NCBI GenBank assembly: GCA_031372065.1
Contig: JANMKN010000300.1
Coordinates: forward strand, 1-46,200
Source: Abditibacteriaceae bacterium
Lineage (GTDB): Bacteria; Armatimonadota; Abditibacteriia; Abditibacteriales; Abditibacteriaceae
Length of the DNA stretch: 46,200 nucleotides
Direction: 5' to 3'
Part shown: positions 9,890 to 18,580 of the stretch, in pieces
How the letters are laid out: the number at the start of each line of letters is the position of its first letter
Position numbering within the stretch: position 1 is the stretch's first letter
Notes under the pieces: generated by a model
What the model was told of the DNA's origin: nothing
Database searches by the model: none
What the model saw: only the letters and a program-made list of their open reading frames with translations
Made by a program: the position numbers and the translations under genes

Positions 9890-10185
9890 ATTCAGCGACT
9901 TTTTGGCGCCGTGTAACGACTTTTGGACTCTCCAAAAACTGATACACAGCCGTGTAACGACTTTTGGACTCTCCAAAAAACGATACACGCCCGTGTGACG
10001 ACTTTCCGACTCTCCAAAAGTCGTCACACGGGCGTGTAACGACTTTTCCACTCTCCGAAAACCGTTACACGGCTGCGGGACGACTTTTCGACTCTCCGAA
10101 AGTGCCGCCGACAGCGTCGGAACGGTTTTCAGACTCTCCCAAAGTCGTGCCGACGGCGTCGGCGGCACTTTTGGGACATCAAAAG
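9890..10185. repeat. Array 1 of 41-bp palindromic units (about 7 units)
   Basis: Equivalent positions at 9911, 9952, 9993, 10034, 10075, 10116, 10158; cores CACG-nn-CGTG, then CCGAC-nnn-GTCGG; linker (g/c)actctc. Confidence 0.92.
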
Positions 10186-10209
10186 AGGGCGAAAACGGCC
10201 CCAAACAAG

Positions 10210-10249
10210 CGCAAGCCACGAAACTCACTGTTTTCGTGGCTTGCGTTTT
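10210..10249. terminator. Hairpin between convergent genes, probable terminator
   Basis: cgcaagccacgaaa / tttcgtggcttgcg 14-bp stem followed by tttt. Confidence 0.6.
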
Positions 10250-10266
10250 ACTCAAAGAAGGCATCG

Positions 10267-10653
10267 TTAGATGATTTTCTTGCGGCGAGGGCCGGTGCGA
10301 CGGCTGGCTTGGCGACGTTCTTCGTCGCGGCGTTCTTCCTCGCGGCGATCTGGGCCGCGCCGTTCGCGGGCACCGATGCCCGCTTCTTCGATTTGCTTGG
10401 CTAAAGCCACGTCTTTTCCCGTGACGCCGCCTTCGGAATGCGTCACCAAAGTCAGGCGCACTTGGCTGTAATTAATGGCGATATCGGGATGATGCTGCGC
10501 CAGTTCCGCCATTTCTGCGACGGAATTGGTGAAGGCCATCGCTTCGCCAAAGTTGTCGAATTTCCATTCTTTGGTTAAGGTGCCGTTTTCAAATTGCCAC
10601 TCTGGTAATTTGTGGAGCGCATCGGCGATTTCGTCCAGTTTCAATTGAGACAT
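10267..10653 (-). CDS. phhB: Pterin-4-alpha-carbinolamine dehydratase with Arg-rich C-terminal tail
   Basis: LPEW...KEWKFDNFGEAMAFTNSVAEMAELAQHHPDI...LTLVTHSEGGVTGKDVALA; gggaggg RBS before ATG at 10653. Confidence 0.88.
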   Translation of the reverse strand: MSQLKLDEIADALHKLPEWQFENGTLTKEWKFDNFGEAMAFTNSVAEMAELAQHHPDIAINYSQVRLTLVTHSEGGVTGKDVALAKQIEEAGIGARERRGPDRREEERRDEERRQASRRTGPRRKKII

Positions 10654-10765
10654 TTTTCCCTCCCAGGAACAGGTTGTTGCCCCCAGTTTTGCTAATTCGG
10701 TGCCGCGCCGTAAATGGGGCTGGTAAAATGGGCTACGAGCAGCAGACGATTTCACGGGAGCGTTC

Positions 10766-12283
10766 ATGGCATATTTGATCGGCATTGATATTGGCACCAG
10801 CGGCACCAAGGTTTTAGCAATTGACGAAAAAGGCAACGTGGCAGCCACGGCTTCGGCAGAGTATCCGCTGTCCACGCCCAAGCCATTGTGGGCCGAGCAG
10901 CGCGCCGAAGATTGGTGGGACGCCACTTGCGCGTGCCTCAAAGAAGTATTGCAAACCGTGCCCGCCGAAGATGTGGCCGGCGTTGGCCTTTCCGGGCAAA
11001 TGCACGGCCTTGTCATGCTGGATAAAGCCGACAATGTGCTGCGTCCGGCGATTTTATGGTGCGATCAGCGCACACAAGCGCAGTGTGATTACATCACCGA
11101 TACCGTCGGCAAAAAACTGCTCGTCGAAGAAACCGCCAATCCGGTTTTGACCGGCTTTACCGCGCCGAAAATCATCTGGGTGCGCGATAATGAGCCAGCA
11201 ATTTACGATCAGGCGCGAATGCATCTTTTGCCCAAAGATTACGTTCGCTTCAAACTGACGGGCGAATTTGCCACCGAAGTGTCTGATGCGTCCGGCACCA
11301 GCCTTTTAAACGTGCCGGAGCGTCGCTGGAGCACGGCGGTGTTGCTGAAATTAGGCATTCCCATCGAACATCTGCCGAAGGTTTACGAAAGCTGCGAAAT
11401 CAGCGGCCAGATCAGCAAAGCGGGCGCCCTTGCAACGGGACTCAAAGAAGGCACGCCCGTGGCGGGCGGCGGCGGCGATCAGGCAGCGGGCGCGGTTGGC
11501 AACGGCATCGTGCAAAGCGGCATTATTTCGGTGACAACGGGCACATCGGGCGTGGTTTTCGCCTTCGCCGATTCGCCCGCCGTTGATCCCAATTTGCGCG
11601 TGCATACTTTTTGTCATGCGGTGCCCAATAAATGGCACGTCATGGGCGTGATGCTGTCGGCGGGCGGCAGTTTGCGTTGGTATCGGGACACTTGCGCGCA
11701 ATCGGAAAAGCAAGTCGCCGAACTGATGCAAATAGACCCGTATGAACTCATCACTCGCGAAGCCGCGACGGTTGGTGCGGGCAGCGAAGGCCTGCTATTT
11801 TTGCCGTATCTTACGGGCGAGCGCACGCCACATCCCGACCCGCAAGCGCGCGGCGCATTTGTCGGCTTAACGGTGCGCCACAACAAAGCGCATATGGGCC
11901 GCGCCGTTCTCGAAGGCGTGGCTTTTGGCCTGCGCGATTCGCTGGAAATCCTTAAAGGCATGGGCGTTTCGATTGGCAACGTGCGCGCCAGCGGCGGCGG
12001 GGCGCGCAGCGATTTATGGCGGCAAATTCAAGCCGATATTTTCAACTTGCCGCTTTCAACGATCAACATTGACGAAGGCCCAGCTTTGGGCGTCGCGCTT
12101 TTGGCCGGCGTGGGCGCCGGTTTGTATTCCAGCGTCGAAGAAGCGTGTTCGACGGTCATCAAAGTGGTTGGAAAGACGCCTGTTTCGGCAGATGCCGCGT
12201 TGTATGAAAAATACTACGCCGTTTATCGCAACCTTTATCCGGCCCTGAAAGACCAGTTTGCCGCCATTGGAGAATTGGTTTAA
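10766..12283 (+). CDS. xylB: Xylulokinase (FGGY family)
   Basis: LIGIDIGTSGTK, GLSGQMHGLV, LRPAILWCDQRT, GGGGDQAAGAVG, FLPYLTGERTPH, GGGARS. Confidence 0.93.
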   Translation: MAYLIGIDIGTSGTKVLAIDEKGNVAATASAEYPLSTPKPLWAEQRAEDWWDATCACLKEVLQTVPAEDVAGVGLSGQMHGLVMLDKADNVLRPAILWCDQRTQAQCDYITDTVGKKLLVEETANPVLTGFTAPKIIWVRDNEPAIYDQARMHLLPKDYVRFKLTGEFATEVSDASGTSLLNVPERRWSTAVLLKLGIPIEHLPKVYESCEISGQISKAGALATGLKEGTPVAGGGGDQAAGAVGNGIVQSGIISVTTGTSGVVFAFADSPAVDPNLRVHTFCHAVPNKWHVMGVMLSAGGSLRWYRDTCAQSEKQVAELMQIDPYELITREAATVGAGSEGLLFLPYLTGERTPHPDPQARGAFVGLTVRHNKAHMGRAVLEGVAFGLRDSLEILKGMGVSIGNVRASGGGARSDLWRQIQADIFNLPLSTINIDEGPALGVALLAGVGAGLYSSVEEACSTVIKVVGKTPVSADAALYEKYYAVYRNLYPALKDQFAAIGELV

Positions 12284-13546
12284 TTGAAATCTTCAATATC
12301 CCCATGGCGCTTTGGTTTTGTGGCATTATTGGGCTTGGGCGGGCTGGGTGTGTTGGTGGCGCTAATCGTGTTTTTTTTGCCGCCGGATGTGGCATTTCCT
12401 AACACGCCCCTGCCCTCTCCCAACGGTTTCGATTACGCCCTGCGCGCCACGCAAGCGCAGCAAACCGATTTGGCCGCGTTAGACAAAGTCCTTCAGATTA
12501 AACCGAAAGATACTTACGATGAGCGCCAAAAAATTTACGTGTCTCATCCGCAGGAACTGCAAAAGTGGCTGTCACAAAACCAAGCTGCGCTGCAACTTTT
12601 GCGACAAGGTTTGGCCTGCGAATACCGCGAACCGCCCGTGCGCGGCGTGGCGACAGTCAGCCCACATTACACAGGCTTTCGTGAATTAGGGCGCACTTTA
12701 ACTATCGAAAGTTATGTGCGCGAAGCCAAAGGCGATAAGCCGGGCGCGGCGCGCAGCGCGCTCGACGGCTTGAAATTTGGTCATCAAATTCCGCACGGCA
12801 CGCCCATTATCGGCGCTTTGGTCGGCTACGCGGTGCAGGGCGTTGCGCGGCGGCGTTTGGAACAATTGCTGCCGCATCTTGATGCCAAAACGTGCCTTAT
12901 GGCAGCAGGCGAAATGGAAAGTTTGCACGAAAAGCGCGTGCCGTTTGCCGAGGTTTTGCAAGAAGAAAAATGGAATGTCGCGTCCAACTTGCTGACTATG
13001 CTGCAAGGCGCTTCTGGCATCGGTATCCAAGTGGCTGGCACGGATACAAAAACGAAAAAGGCCCGCTTTCGTCCGGCCAGCAAGCGACGCGTGATGAACG
13101 ATTTTCTGGTCTACATGGACGCTTTAAGCGCCGACGCCAAAAAACCTTATGCTTTGAGCCAACCAACGCCGCCGCCCGGCGATTTCATGACGAATATTTT
13201 GGTGCCCGTTTTCTTGCGCGGGCGCTGGAACACCAGCAAATGCGAAACGGCCAACCAAATGCTGATGACGGCGTTGGCTTTGCGCGCTTATCAATTGAAA
13301 AACGGCGTTTATCCGGCCACGCTTTCGCAATTGGCGCCACAATTTATCAAAACCGTGCCGCCCGATGGCTTTGGCGCAGGCGAACCGCTGCGTTACAAAA
13401 AACAGGACGCCAATTATCGCTTGTGGAGCATCGGCTCCGACAAAAAAGACGATGGCGGCCAACCTTGCGACAACGGCAAAAAAACGGGCCGCTACTTGAT
13501 GCAAGACAAAAGTCAGGGCGATTTCGTTTTTGGTATCAGCCGCTGA
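12284..13546 (+). CDS. Membrane-anchored hypothetical protein with a GspG-like C-terminal motif
   Basis: N-terminal TM helix; C-terminal ALALRAYQLKNGVYPATLSQL...YRLWSIGSDKKDDGG; start uncertain. Confidence 0.7.
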   Translation: MKSSISPWRFGFVALLGLGGLGVLVALIVFFLPPDVAFPNTPLPSPNGFDYALRATQAQQTDLAALDKVLQIKPKDTYDERQKIYVSHPQELQKWLSQNQAALQLLRQGLACEYREPPVRGVATVSPHYTGFRELGRTLTIESYVREAKGDKPGAARSALDGLKFGHQIPHGTPIIGALVGYAVQGVARRRLEQLLPHLDAKTCLMAAGEMESLHEKRVPFAEVLQEEKWNVASNLLTMLQGASGIGIQVAGTDTKTKKARFRPASKRRVMNDFLVYMDALSADAKKPYALSQPTPPPGDFMTNILVPVFLRGRWNTSKCETANQMLMTALALRAYQLKNGVYPATLSQLAPQFIKTVPPDGFGAGEPLRYKKQDANYRLWSIGSDKKDDGGQPCDNGKKTGRYLMQDKSQGDFVFGISR

Positions 13547-13618
13547 AGCTGCGTCAAAATTCCGTTACCGAGGCCTTGTTATACTGGGGGTTGCTTTACG
13601 AAAGGGCAGCAAACCAAA

Positions 13619-13930
13619 ATGCAGGAAGATTTACCGCGCAACGAAGAACACGAAATTGCACTGGACGAAGCGATTAACGAGGCGCTCGAAGGACAGCCGC
13701 GCGCTGCGGAATGGTATCAGTTGAAACGCGCGCTCGAAAAGCGGCGCGCTATGTTGCAAGATGATTTGGACGTGGCCGAAGATGAACCCACGCGCCAAAA
13801 ATTGCGCGCCGCCATCGCCGAAACTGATGAACACATCGCCGTTTTAGGCGAAGAAGCCGAAATTACCAGTTTTATCGAAGATACGGTGCGCTTTTCGTCC
13901 GAAGTGCATCACTTGCAGCAGGGGGGTTAG
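13619..13930 (+). CDS. Small acidic coiled-coil hypothetical protein
   Basis: 103-aa ORF with host-like codon usage, co-directional with its neighbours. Confidence 0.7.
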   Translation: MQEDLPRNEEHEIALDEAINEALEGQPRAAEWYQLKRALEKRRAMLQDDLDVAEDEPTRQKLRAAIAETDEHIAVLGEEAEITSFIEDTVRFSSEVHHLQQGG

Positions 13931-14015
13931 GTTTTAGGTTTTGGGTTTTTGGCCTTTGGTTTTGCCAGCCCAAGACCTAAATCCAAAGACCTAAATCCCA
14001 AAACCAAAAACCTAA
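13927..14015. repeat. Inverted block of degenerate 7-nt tandem repeats (STRR-like)
   Basis: ttaggtt/ttaggtt/ttgggtt/tttggcc/tttggtt facing ccaagac/ctaaatc/caaagac/ctaaatc/ccaaaac/caaaaac. Confidence 0.8.
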
Positions 14016-15152
14016 ATGAAAATTCACGAATATCAAGCCAAAGAAATTTTCGCGCGCTATGGCGTGCCGATTCCCGCCGGACGCGTGGCGCGCACGCCCG
14101 ATGAAGTGAAAACCATCGCGGCGGAAATTGGCGGCACGGTTGTTGTCAAGGCGCAAGTTCACGTCGGCGGGCGCGGCAAAGCGGGCGGCATAAAGCTCGG
14201 CAAAACGCCCAACGAAGCGCGCGAAGCGGGCGAGAAAATCCTCGGCATGAACATCAAAGGCCTGACAGTTGGCGAAGTTCTCGTCGAGCAGGCTTGTGAC
14301 ATCAAAGAAGAATATTATATAGGCATCACAACCGACCGCGCCGCGCGCCGTAACATCGTCATGGTCAGCGCGGCGGGCGGCATTGACATTGAAGAAGTCG
14401 CCGAAGCCACGCCCGAAAAAATCGCCAAGTTGCATCTCGACCCGGCACTTGGCCTGATGGATTATCAAATTCGCCAGTTGGCTTTCGATGCCAAACTGCC
14501 CGCTGCTGCCGTGAAGCAAATCGGCCCGTTTTTGAAGGCACTTTTCAAGGTTTACAACGATTTCGACTGCTCTTTGGCCGAAATCAACCCGCTGGTTTTG
14601 GATGGCAACGGCAAACTCATCGCCGCCGATGCCAAAATCAACATTGACGACAACGCGCTCTTTCGCCATTCCGATTTGGCACAATTTCAAGAAGCGCAGG
14701 AAGACGACCCGATTGAAGCCGAAGCGCATAAACGCGGCCTCACTTATGTGCGTTTGGAAGGCGATATTGGCATTATCGGCAACGGTGCCGGTCTTGTCAT
14801 GACGACTTTGGATGTGGTGCAGCGCGAAGGCGGCAAACCAGCCAACTTTCTCGACATCGGCGGCGGCGCCAAAGCCGAAGTCGTTACCAAAGCGATTGAC
14901 ACCGTTTTGCTCGACAAAAATGTAAAAGGCATTTTCTTCAATATTTTCGGCGGCATCACACGCGGCGACGAAGTGGCGAAGGGTATGCTCGAAGCGATTG
15001 GCACCATGAACATTCAAGTGCCGATTGTGGTGCGCTTAACCGGCACCCGCGCCGCCGAAGGTTTGGCCTTGCTCGAAGGCAGCACGCTCACGCCCGCTGC
15101 GACGATGCAAGAAGGCGCGCAAAAAATCGTGGCGTTAGTCAACGGCAAATAA
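14016..15152 (+). CDS. sucC: Succinate--CoA ligase (ADP-forming) beta subunit
   Basis: MKIHEYQAKE, VVKAQVHVGGRGKAGG, EINPL, GNGAGLVMTTLD, PANFLDIGGGA, NIFGGITRGD. Confidence 0.97.
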   Translation: MKIHEYQAKEIFARYGVPIPAGRVARTPDEVKTIAAEIGGTVVVKAQVHVGGRGKAGGIKLGKTPNEAREAGEKILGMNIKGLTVGEVLVEQACDIKEEYYIGITTDRAARRNIVMVSAAGGIDIEEVAEATPEKIAKLHLDPALGLMDYQIRQLAFDAKLPAAAVKQIGPFLKALFKVYNDFDCSLAEINPLVLDGNGKLIAADAKINIDDNALFRHSDLAQFQEAQEDDPIEAEAHKRGLTYVRLEGDIGIIGNGAGLVMTTLDVVQREGGKPANFLDIGGGAKAEVVTKAIDTVLLDKNVKGIFFNIFGGITRGDEVAKGMLEAIGTMNIQVPIVVRLTGTRAAEGLALLEGSTLTPAATMQEGAQKIVALVNGK

Positions 15153-15155
15153 GTA

Positions 15156-15239
15156 ATGGAACACGGCGGCTTCGCCGAACTGCAAAAAAACCGTGTTCAT
15201 CTTTGCTGTTTCCGTGTCGGCGAAGCCGCCGTGTTCCAT
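15156..15239. repeat. 23-bp perfect inverted repeat, REP/REPIN-like
   Basis: atggaacacggcggcttcgccga (15156-15178) / tcggcgaagccgccgtgttccat (15217-15239); each arm has its own ggcg-gctt-cgcc mini-hairpin. Confidence 0.85.
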
Positions 15240-15259
15240 CACAACTTTAGGGAGGCGAG

Positions 15260-15634
15260 ATGTCATTTTCCGGTTTGCTCAAAGGTCGCACCGATTGGCG
15301 CGACGAAGACGAAGTGCAGGGGGAACTCGGCCAGCGTCGCAGCGAATTTTTAGCTGAACGCGTAAGCGATTTGGAAGAGCGCGTTGACAAATTGGCCTTA
15401 CTCAGCATGGCGTTGTGGACACTGCTGAAAAAGAACACCAAGTGGGACGATGAAGAACTTATCCAGCAAATGACCGCACTGGACTTGCAGGATGGAAAAT
15501 TGGACGGTCATGTGCAAAATGCCATGACCGAATGTCCGGCCTGTCATCGCCCGGTCTCGCGCCGCCATCGCAAATGCTTGTATTGCGAACAAGAATTATC
15601 ACAAGGCGGCGCCTTTGAAGGCGTTGTGCGATGA
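15260..15634 (+). CDS. Hypothetical protein with C-terminal zinc ribbon
   Basis: ggaggc RBS; coiled-coil N-terminus, DLQDGKLDG, CPAC...CLYC. Confidence 0.8.
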   Translation: MSFSGLLKGRTDWRDEDEVQGELGQRRSEFLAERVSDLEERVDKLALLSMALWTLLKKNTKWDDEELIQQMTALDLQDGKLDGHVQNAMTECPACHRPVSRRHRKCLYCEQELSQGGAFEGVVR

Positions 15635-15668
15635 ACGAAAACGATTCAATTAAATAGAGAAAAAACCA

Positions 15669-16547
15669 ATGGCGATTCTGATTAACAAAGACACAAAAGT
15701 TTTGGTGCAGGGCATCACGGGGCGCGAAGGCGAATTTCACACGCGCCAAATGATAGAATACGGCACCAATGTCGTGGCGGGCGTGACACCGGGCAAAGGC
15801 GGGCAGTTCATCGAACATGGCGATGACACCGTGCCAGTTTTCAACACCGTCAAAGAAGCCGTCGAAATGACGGGCGCCGATACCAGCGTGATTTTTGTGC
15901 CGCCACCCTTTGGCGCCGACGCGATTTTTGAAGCGGTGGATGCGGGCATCAACGGCATCGTCTGCATCACGGAGGGCATCCCAATTCAAGACATGATGCG
16001 CTGCTATCGCTTTTTGCAAGAGCAAAACGGCTGGATGATCGGCCCGAACTGTCCCGGTTTAATCACCCCCGGCGAATGCAAAATCGGCATTATGCCCGCC
16101 GATATTTTCATGCCCGGCGACATCGGCATCGTTTCGCGCAGCGGCACGCTGACTTATGAAATCGTGGACGAATTAACGCGCGCCGGTCTGGGGCAAACAA
16201 CTTGCGTGGGCATCGGCGGCGACCCGATTATCGGTTCGAGTTTCGTGGACGTTTTGGGCTGGTTTGAAAACGATCCGGCCACCAAAGCAGTGGTTCTCAG
16301 TGGCGAAATCGGCGGCAACGACGAAGAAAAAGCCGCCGAATTCATCAAAACCATGACCAAACCTGTGATTGGTTTCATCGCGGGCAAAACCGCGCCTCCC
16401 GGCAAGCGCATGGGCCACGCCGGAGCCATTGTTTCGGGCAGCGCAGGCACCGCGCAAGCGAAAATCGAAGCACTCGAAGCCGCAGGCGCCAAAGTCGTCG
16501 AATTGCCGAGCGAAATTCCCGCTTTGATGCGCGAATTGTTGAAATAG
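15669..16547 (+). CDS. sucD: Succinate--CoA ligase alpha subunit
   Basis: [50 protein letters not shown] (phospho-His). Confidence 0.97.
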   Translation: MAILINKDTKVLVQGITGREGEFHTRQMIEYGTNVVAGVTPGKGGQFIEHGDDTVPVFNTVKEAVEMTGADTSVIFVPPPFGADAIFEAVDAGINGIVCITEGIPIQDMMRCYRFLQEQNGWMIGPNCPGLITPGECKIGIMPADIFMPGDIGIVSRSGTLTYEIVDELTRAGLGQTTCVGIGGDPIIGSSFVDVLGWFENDPATKAVVLSGEIGGNDEEKAAEFIKTMTKPVIGFIAGKTAPPGKRMGHAGAIVSGSAGTAQAKIEALEAAGAKVVELPSEIPALMRELLK

Positions 16548-16558
16548 AGCGTTGAATT

Positions 16559-16680
16559 AAACACAAAGCGCACAAAGAATTCACAAAGAAACACGAAACA
16601 AAGAAGGGACAGGTTAAGAAATCAACCCAACTTCAAAAACTTTCGTGTTTCTTTGTGAATTCTTTGTGCGCTTTGTGTTT
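16559..16680. repeat. 40-bp perfect inverted repeat built from cacaaag subrepeats, between convergent genes
   Basis: 16559-16598 is the exact reverse complement of 16641-16680; 42-nt spacer. Confidence 0.9.
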
Positions 16681-16697
16681 TCAGAATCGTAGTCGCT

Positions 16698-17201
16698 TTA
16701 AACGGGCTTTCTAAAGCGGAGCAGCAGTTTCGTCATCCAGACAAAAACGAACACAAAGTAACTGCCCAGCGCCAACCATGTTGGTGCCAGGGGCAAAACG
16801 GACGAGCCGTTCAGATTTGTGCATATCGTCATTTGGAAGACGACAAGAAGCAGCGCGAGTGTGGCAGCGGCCATCCCTTCCATGTGGCCGACCAAATAAT
16901 TGATGCTTTCTGCGCGGCGCTCTGGAGTTTCCGGTGCCAGCCAGTAATCTTTGTGCGGCAGATTGATAAATTGCACTGGAATAAGCCGCAACAAAAATCC
17001 CATTGGCACGAAGGTTCCGATGCTCAACACCATGACGAACCAGTAAATGCCAAAGAAGGCCGCTTTCGATTGGAAACCGTTCACTTGTCCGGCGCCATCG
17101 AAATGCGAGGCCATTGTCGGCGGCAATTGGCCGTAATAAAACACGGTTTGCCCCACAGCCAGCACAAATAACATCACGATACATAACAACGAAATTCGCA
17201 T
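16698..17201 (-). CDS. DUF1648 domain membrane protein
   Basis: YYGQLPPTMASHFDGAGQVNGF motif, INLPHKDYWLAPE, four hydrophobic segments. Confidence 0.85.
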   Translation of the reverse strand: MRISLLCIVMLFVLAVGQTVFYYGQLPPTMASHFDGAGQVNGFQSKAAFFGIYWFVMVLSIGTFVPMGFLLRLIPVQFINLPHKDYWLAPETPERRAESINYLVGHMEGMAAATLALLLVVFQMTICTNLNGSSVLPLAPTWLALGSYFVFVFVWMTKLLLRFRKPV

Positions 17202-17269
17202 AAAATTGCCCTCACCTTACAGCCTACTTACGGTTTAACAGGAAAAGGCAACGACGAAAATCTGTTTGC

Positions 17270-18562
17270 TTACGTCGTCACTTGCACCGTGATTTCAAAG
17301 TTTTGTTTGCCGCCGGCAGGCACTTCGACTTTAAAGCGCACCGTGGTGGCAGAGCGTGCCTCCGGCTCCAGCGTGGTTTCGGTGATTTTGCTATTTTCCA
17401 AGATTTTGTCGCGCACTAAAACAGTCACGGCTTGCTTGCCGCGATTTTCGATTTGAAAACTCAAATTGTGTTCCGTCAGGCGCGGATTTAGTTTGCGCGT
17501 GGCGACGACAGTGCGTGTCACGCTGATTTCTTTAATTTCGGAAAGAGCCAGCGACACTTCATCGCTGACATTTAGAAAATCCAGATTTTGTTCGCCCCTC
17601 TTGTGCAAAGCGCCATCGGCTGTTTGCTGCCATGTCGTCATTTTTCCCGCTGGTAGCGGCAAGCCAAGACCGGCAGCGGCCTCGTTTTTCAAACGCGCCG
17701 ACAAAGAAGGCGCAATGGTTTGGACGTTGGTCAGGTAAGTGCCGCGCGAAAAATCAGCGGTGATTTCCGTGACAGCCGGAATTTCTGCGGCGGCGTAGTT
17801 GAGTTGACGAGTTTCTTTGCGATCAATGTTTAAAGGGCGCGAAAAAGGGAATTCCGGCCCTGCGCTATTGATTGAACCTTGATGAAACGCCACATTGGCA
17901 TTGCGCACTTCTAAATCGCTGGCGTTATTCACATCCAACCACGCTTGAAACGCCAAATGGTCGCCGCCTGCCTCCTTTATCAGCGTGGCGCGATAGCGAG
18001 CGTTCCAACTGATCGTGGGAATTTGATAAAGCATTTCCGCCGTAAAAGCGCCAGCGGCGGGCGCGTTGACCAGCCATTCCAAACTGGGAGTCACCACCGG
18101 GCCATCCAGCAGTTTGGGCAGCACAAACGTGCCGCTTGGATTGAGAATCAAGGTGTCGGCAGTTTGCAGCATCCAACCATCGGCGAGGCGTGATAAAACG
18201 CCACTGGTTTGCTTGCCATCGCCTTTTTCCAACGTGACGGTTTTGCCTTCATACAGCGCCAAAATCTGTTTCGAGGTGCCTTCTTTTCGAAACTTTTGTT
18301 CGAGTATCGCAACTGGCACGGCGCCGTTAAAGCGCGCTTGAATTGCCTCACCTGTCGCTTCAAGAGAAGCGGGCAAACCAGCCAAGCGCACAGTTTGGCG
18401 TCCGGCAGTCAGTGTCACAGGGCGGCGATCTATCACCAACGCGCCATCGGTTTGGCCGATGGTTAATTTCATCTGCGCCGTCTCACGCGCAGCGTTGACA
18501 ACGGGCTGGGCGAAGGCAGGCAATGCCGCCGTTATCGCCAAAAGAAAAGAGAGCTTTTTCAT
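17270..18562 (-). CDS. Secreted DUF4139/DUF4140-like protein
   Basis: Signal peptide ending AFA-Q; LVIDRRPVTLTAG, ISWNARYRATL, GLGLPLPAGKM, VRFKVEVPAGG. Confidence 0.75.
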   Translation of the reverse strand: MKKLSFLLAITAALPAFAQPVVNAARETAQMKLTIGQTDGALVIDRRPVTLTAGRQTVRLAGLPASLEATGEAIQARFNGAVPVAILEQKFRKEGTSKQILALYEGKTVTLEKGDGKQTSGVLSRLADGWMLQTADTLILNPSGTFVLPKLLDGPVVTPSLEWLVNAPAAGAFTAEMLYQIPTISWNARYRATLIKEAGGDHLAFQAWLDVNNASDLEVRNANVAFHQGSINSAGPEFPFSRPLNIDRKETRQLNYAAAEIPAVTEITADFSRGTYLTNVQTIAPSLSARLKNEAAAGLGLPLPAGKMTTWQQTADGALHKRGEQNLDFLNVSDEVSLALSEIKEISVTRTVVATRKLNPRLTEHNLSFQIENRGKQAVTVLVRDKILENSKITETTLEPEARSATTVRFKVEVPAGGKQNFEITVQVTT

Positions 18563-18580
18563 CGAGATTTTCCTTAAATT

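Noticed and set aside
9830..10185. Integron attC sites behind accessory genes
   Set aside because: No consistent RYYYAAC...GTTRRRY boundaries, the units are tandem rather than one per gene, and no integron integrase is present.
9716..10404. ORFs 9716-10264 (-) and 9964-10404 (+) crossing array 1
   Set aside because: The 41-bp period is not a multiple of 3, the translations change repeat phase, and both overlap real genes.
10654..11034. N-terminal extension of the dehydratase ORF
   Set aside because: Overlaps xylB on the opposite strand; the RBS and domain start support ATG at 10653.
12892..13677. 261-aa alternative-frame ORF
   Set aside because: Arg-rich off-frame translation overlapping two better-supported genes.
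13977..15017. 346-aa minus-strand ORF
   Set aside because: Antisense shadow of sucC.
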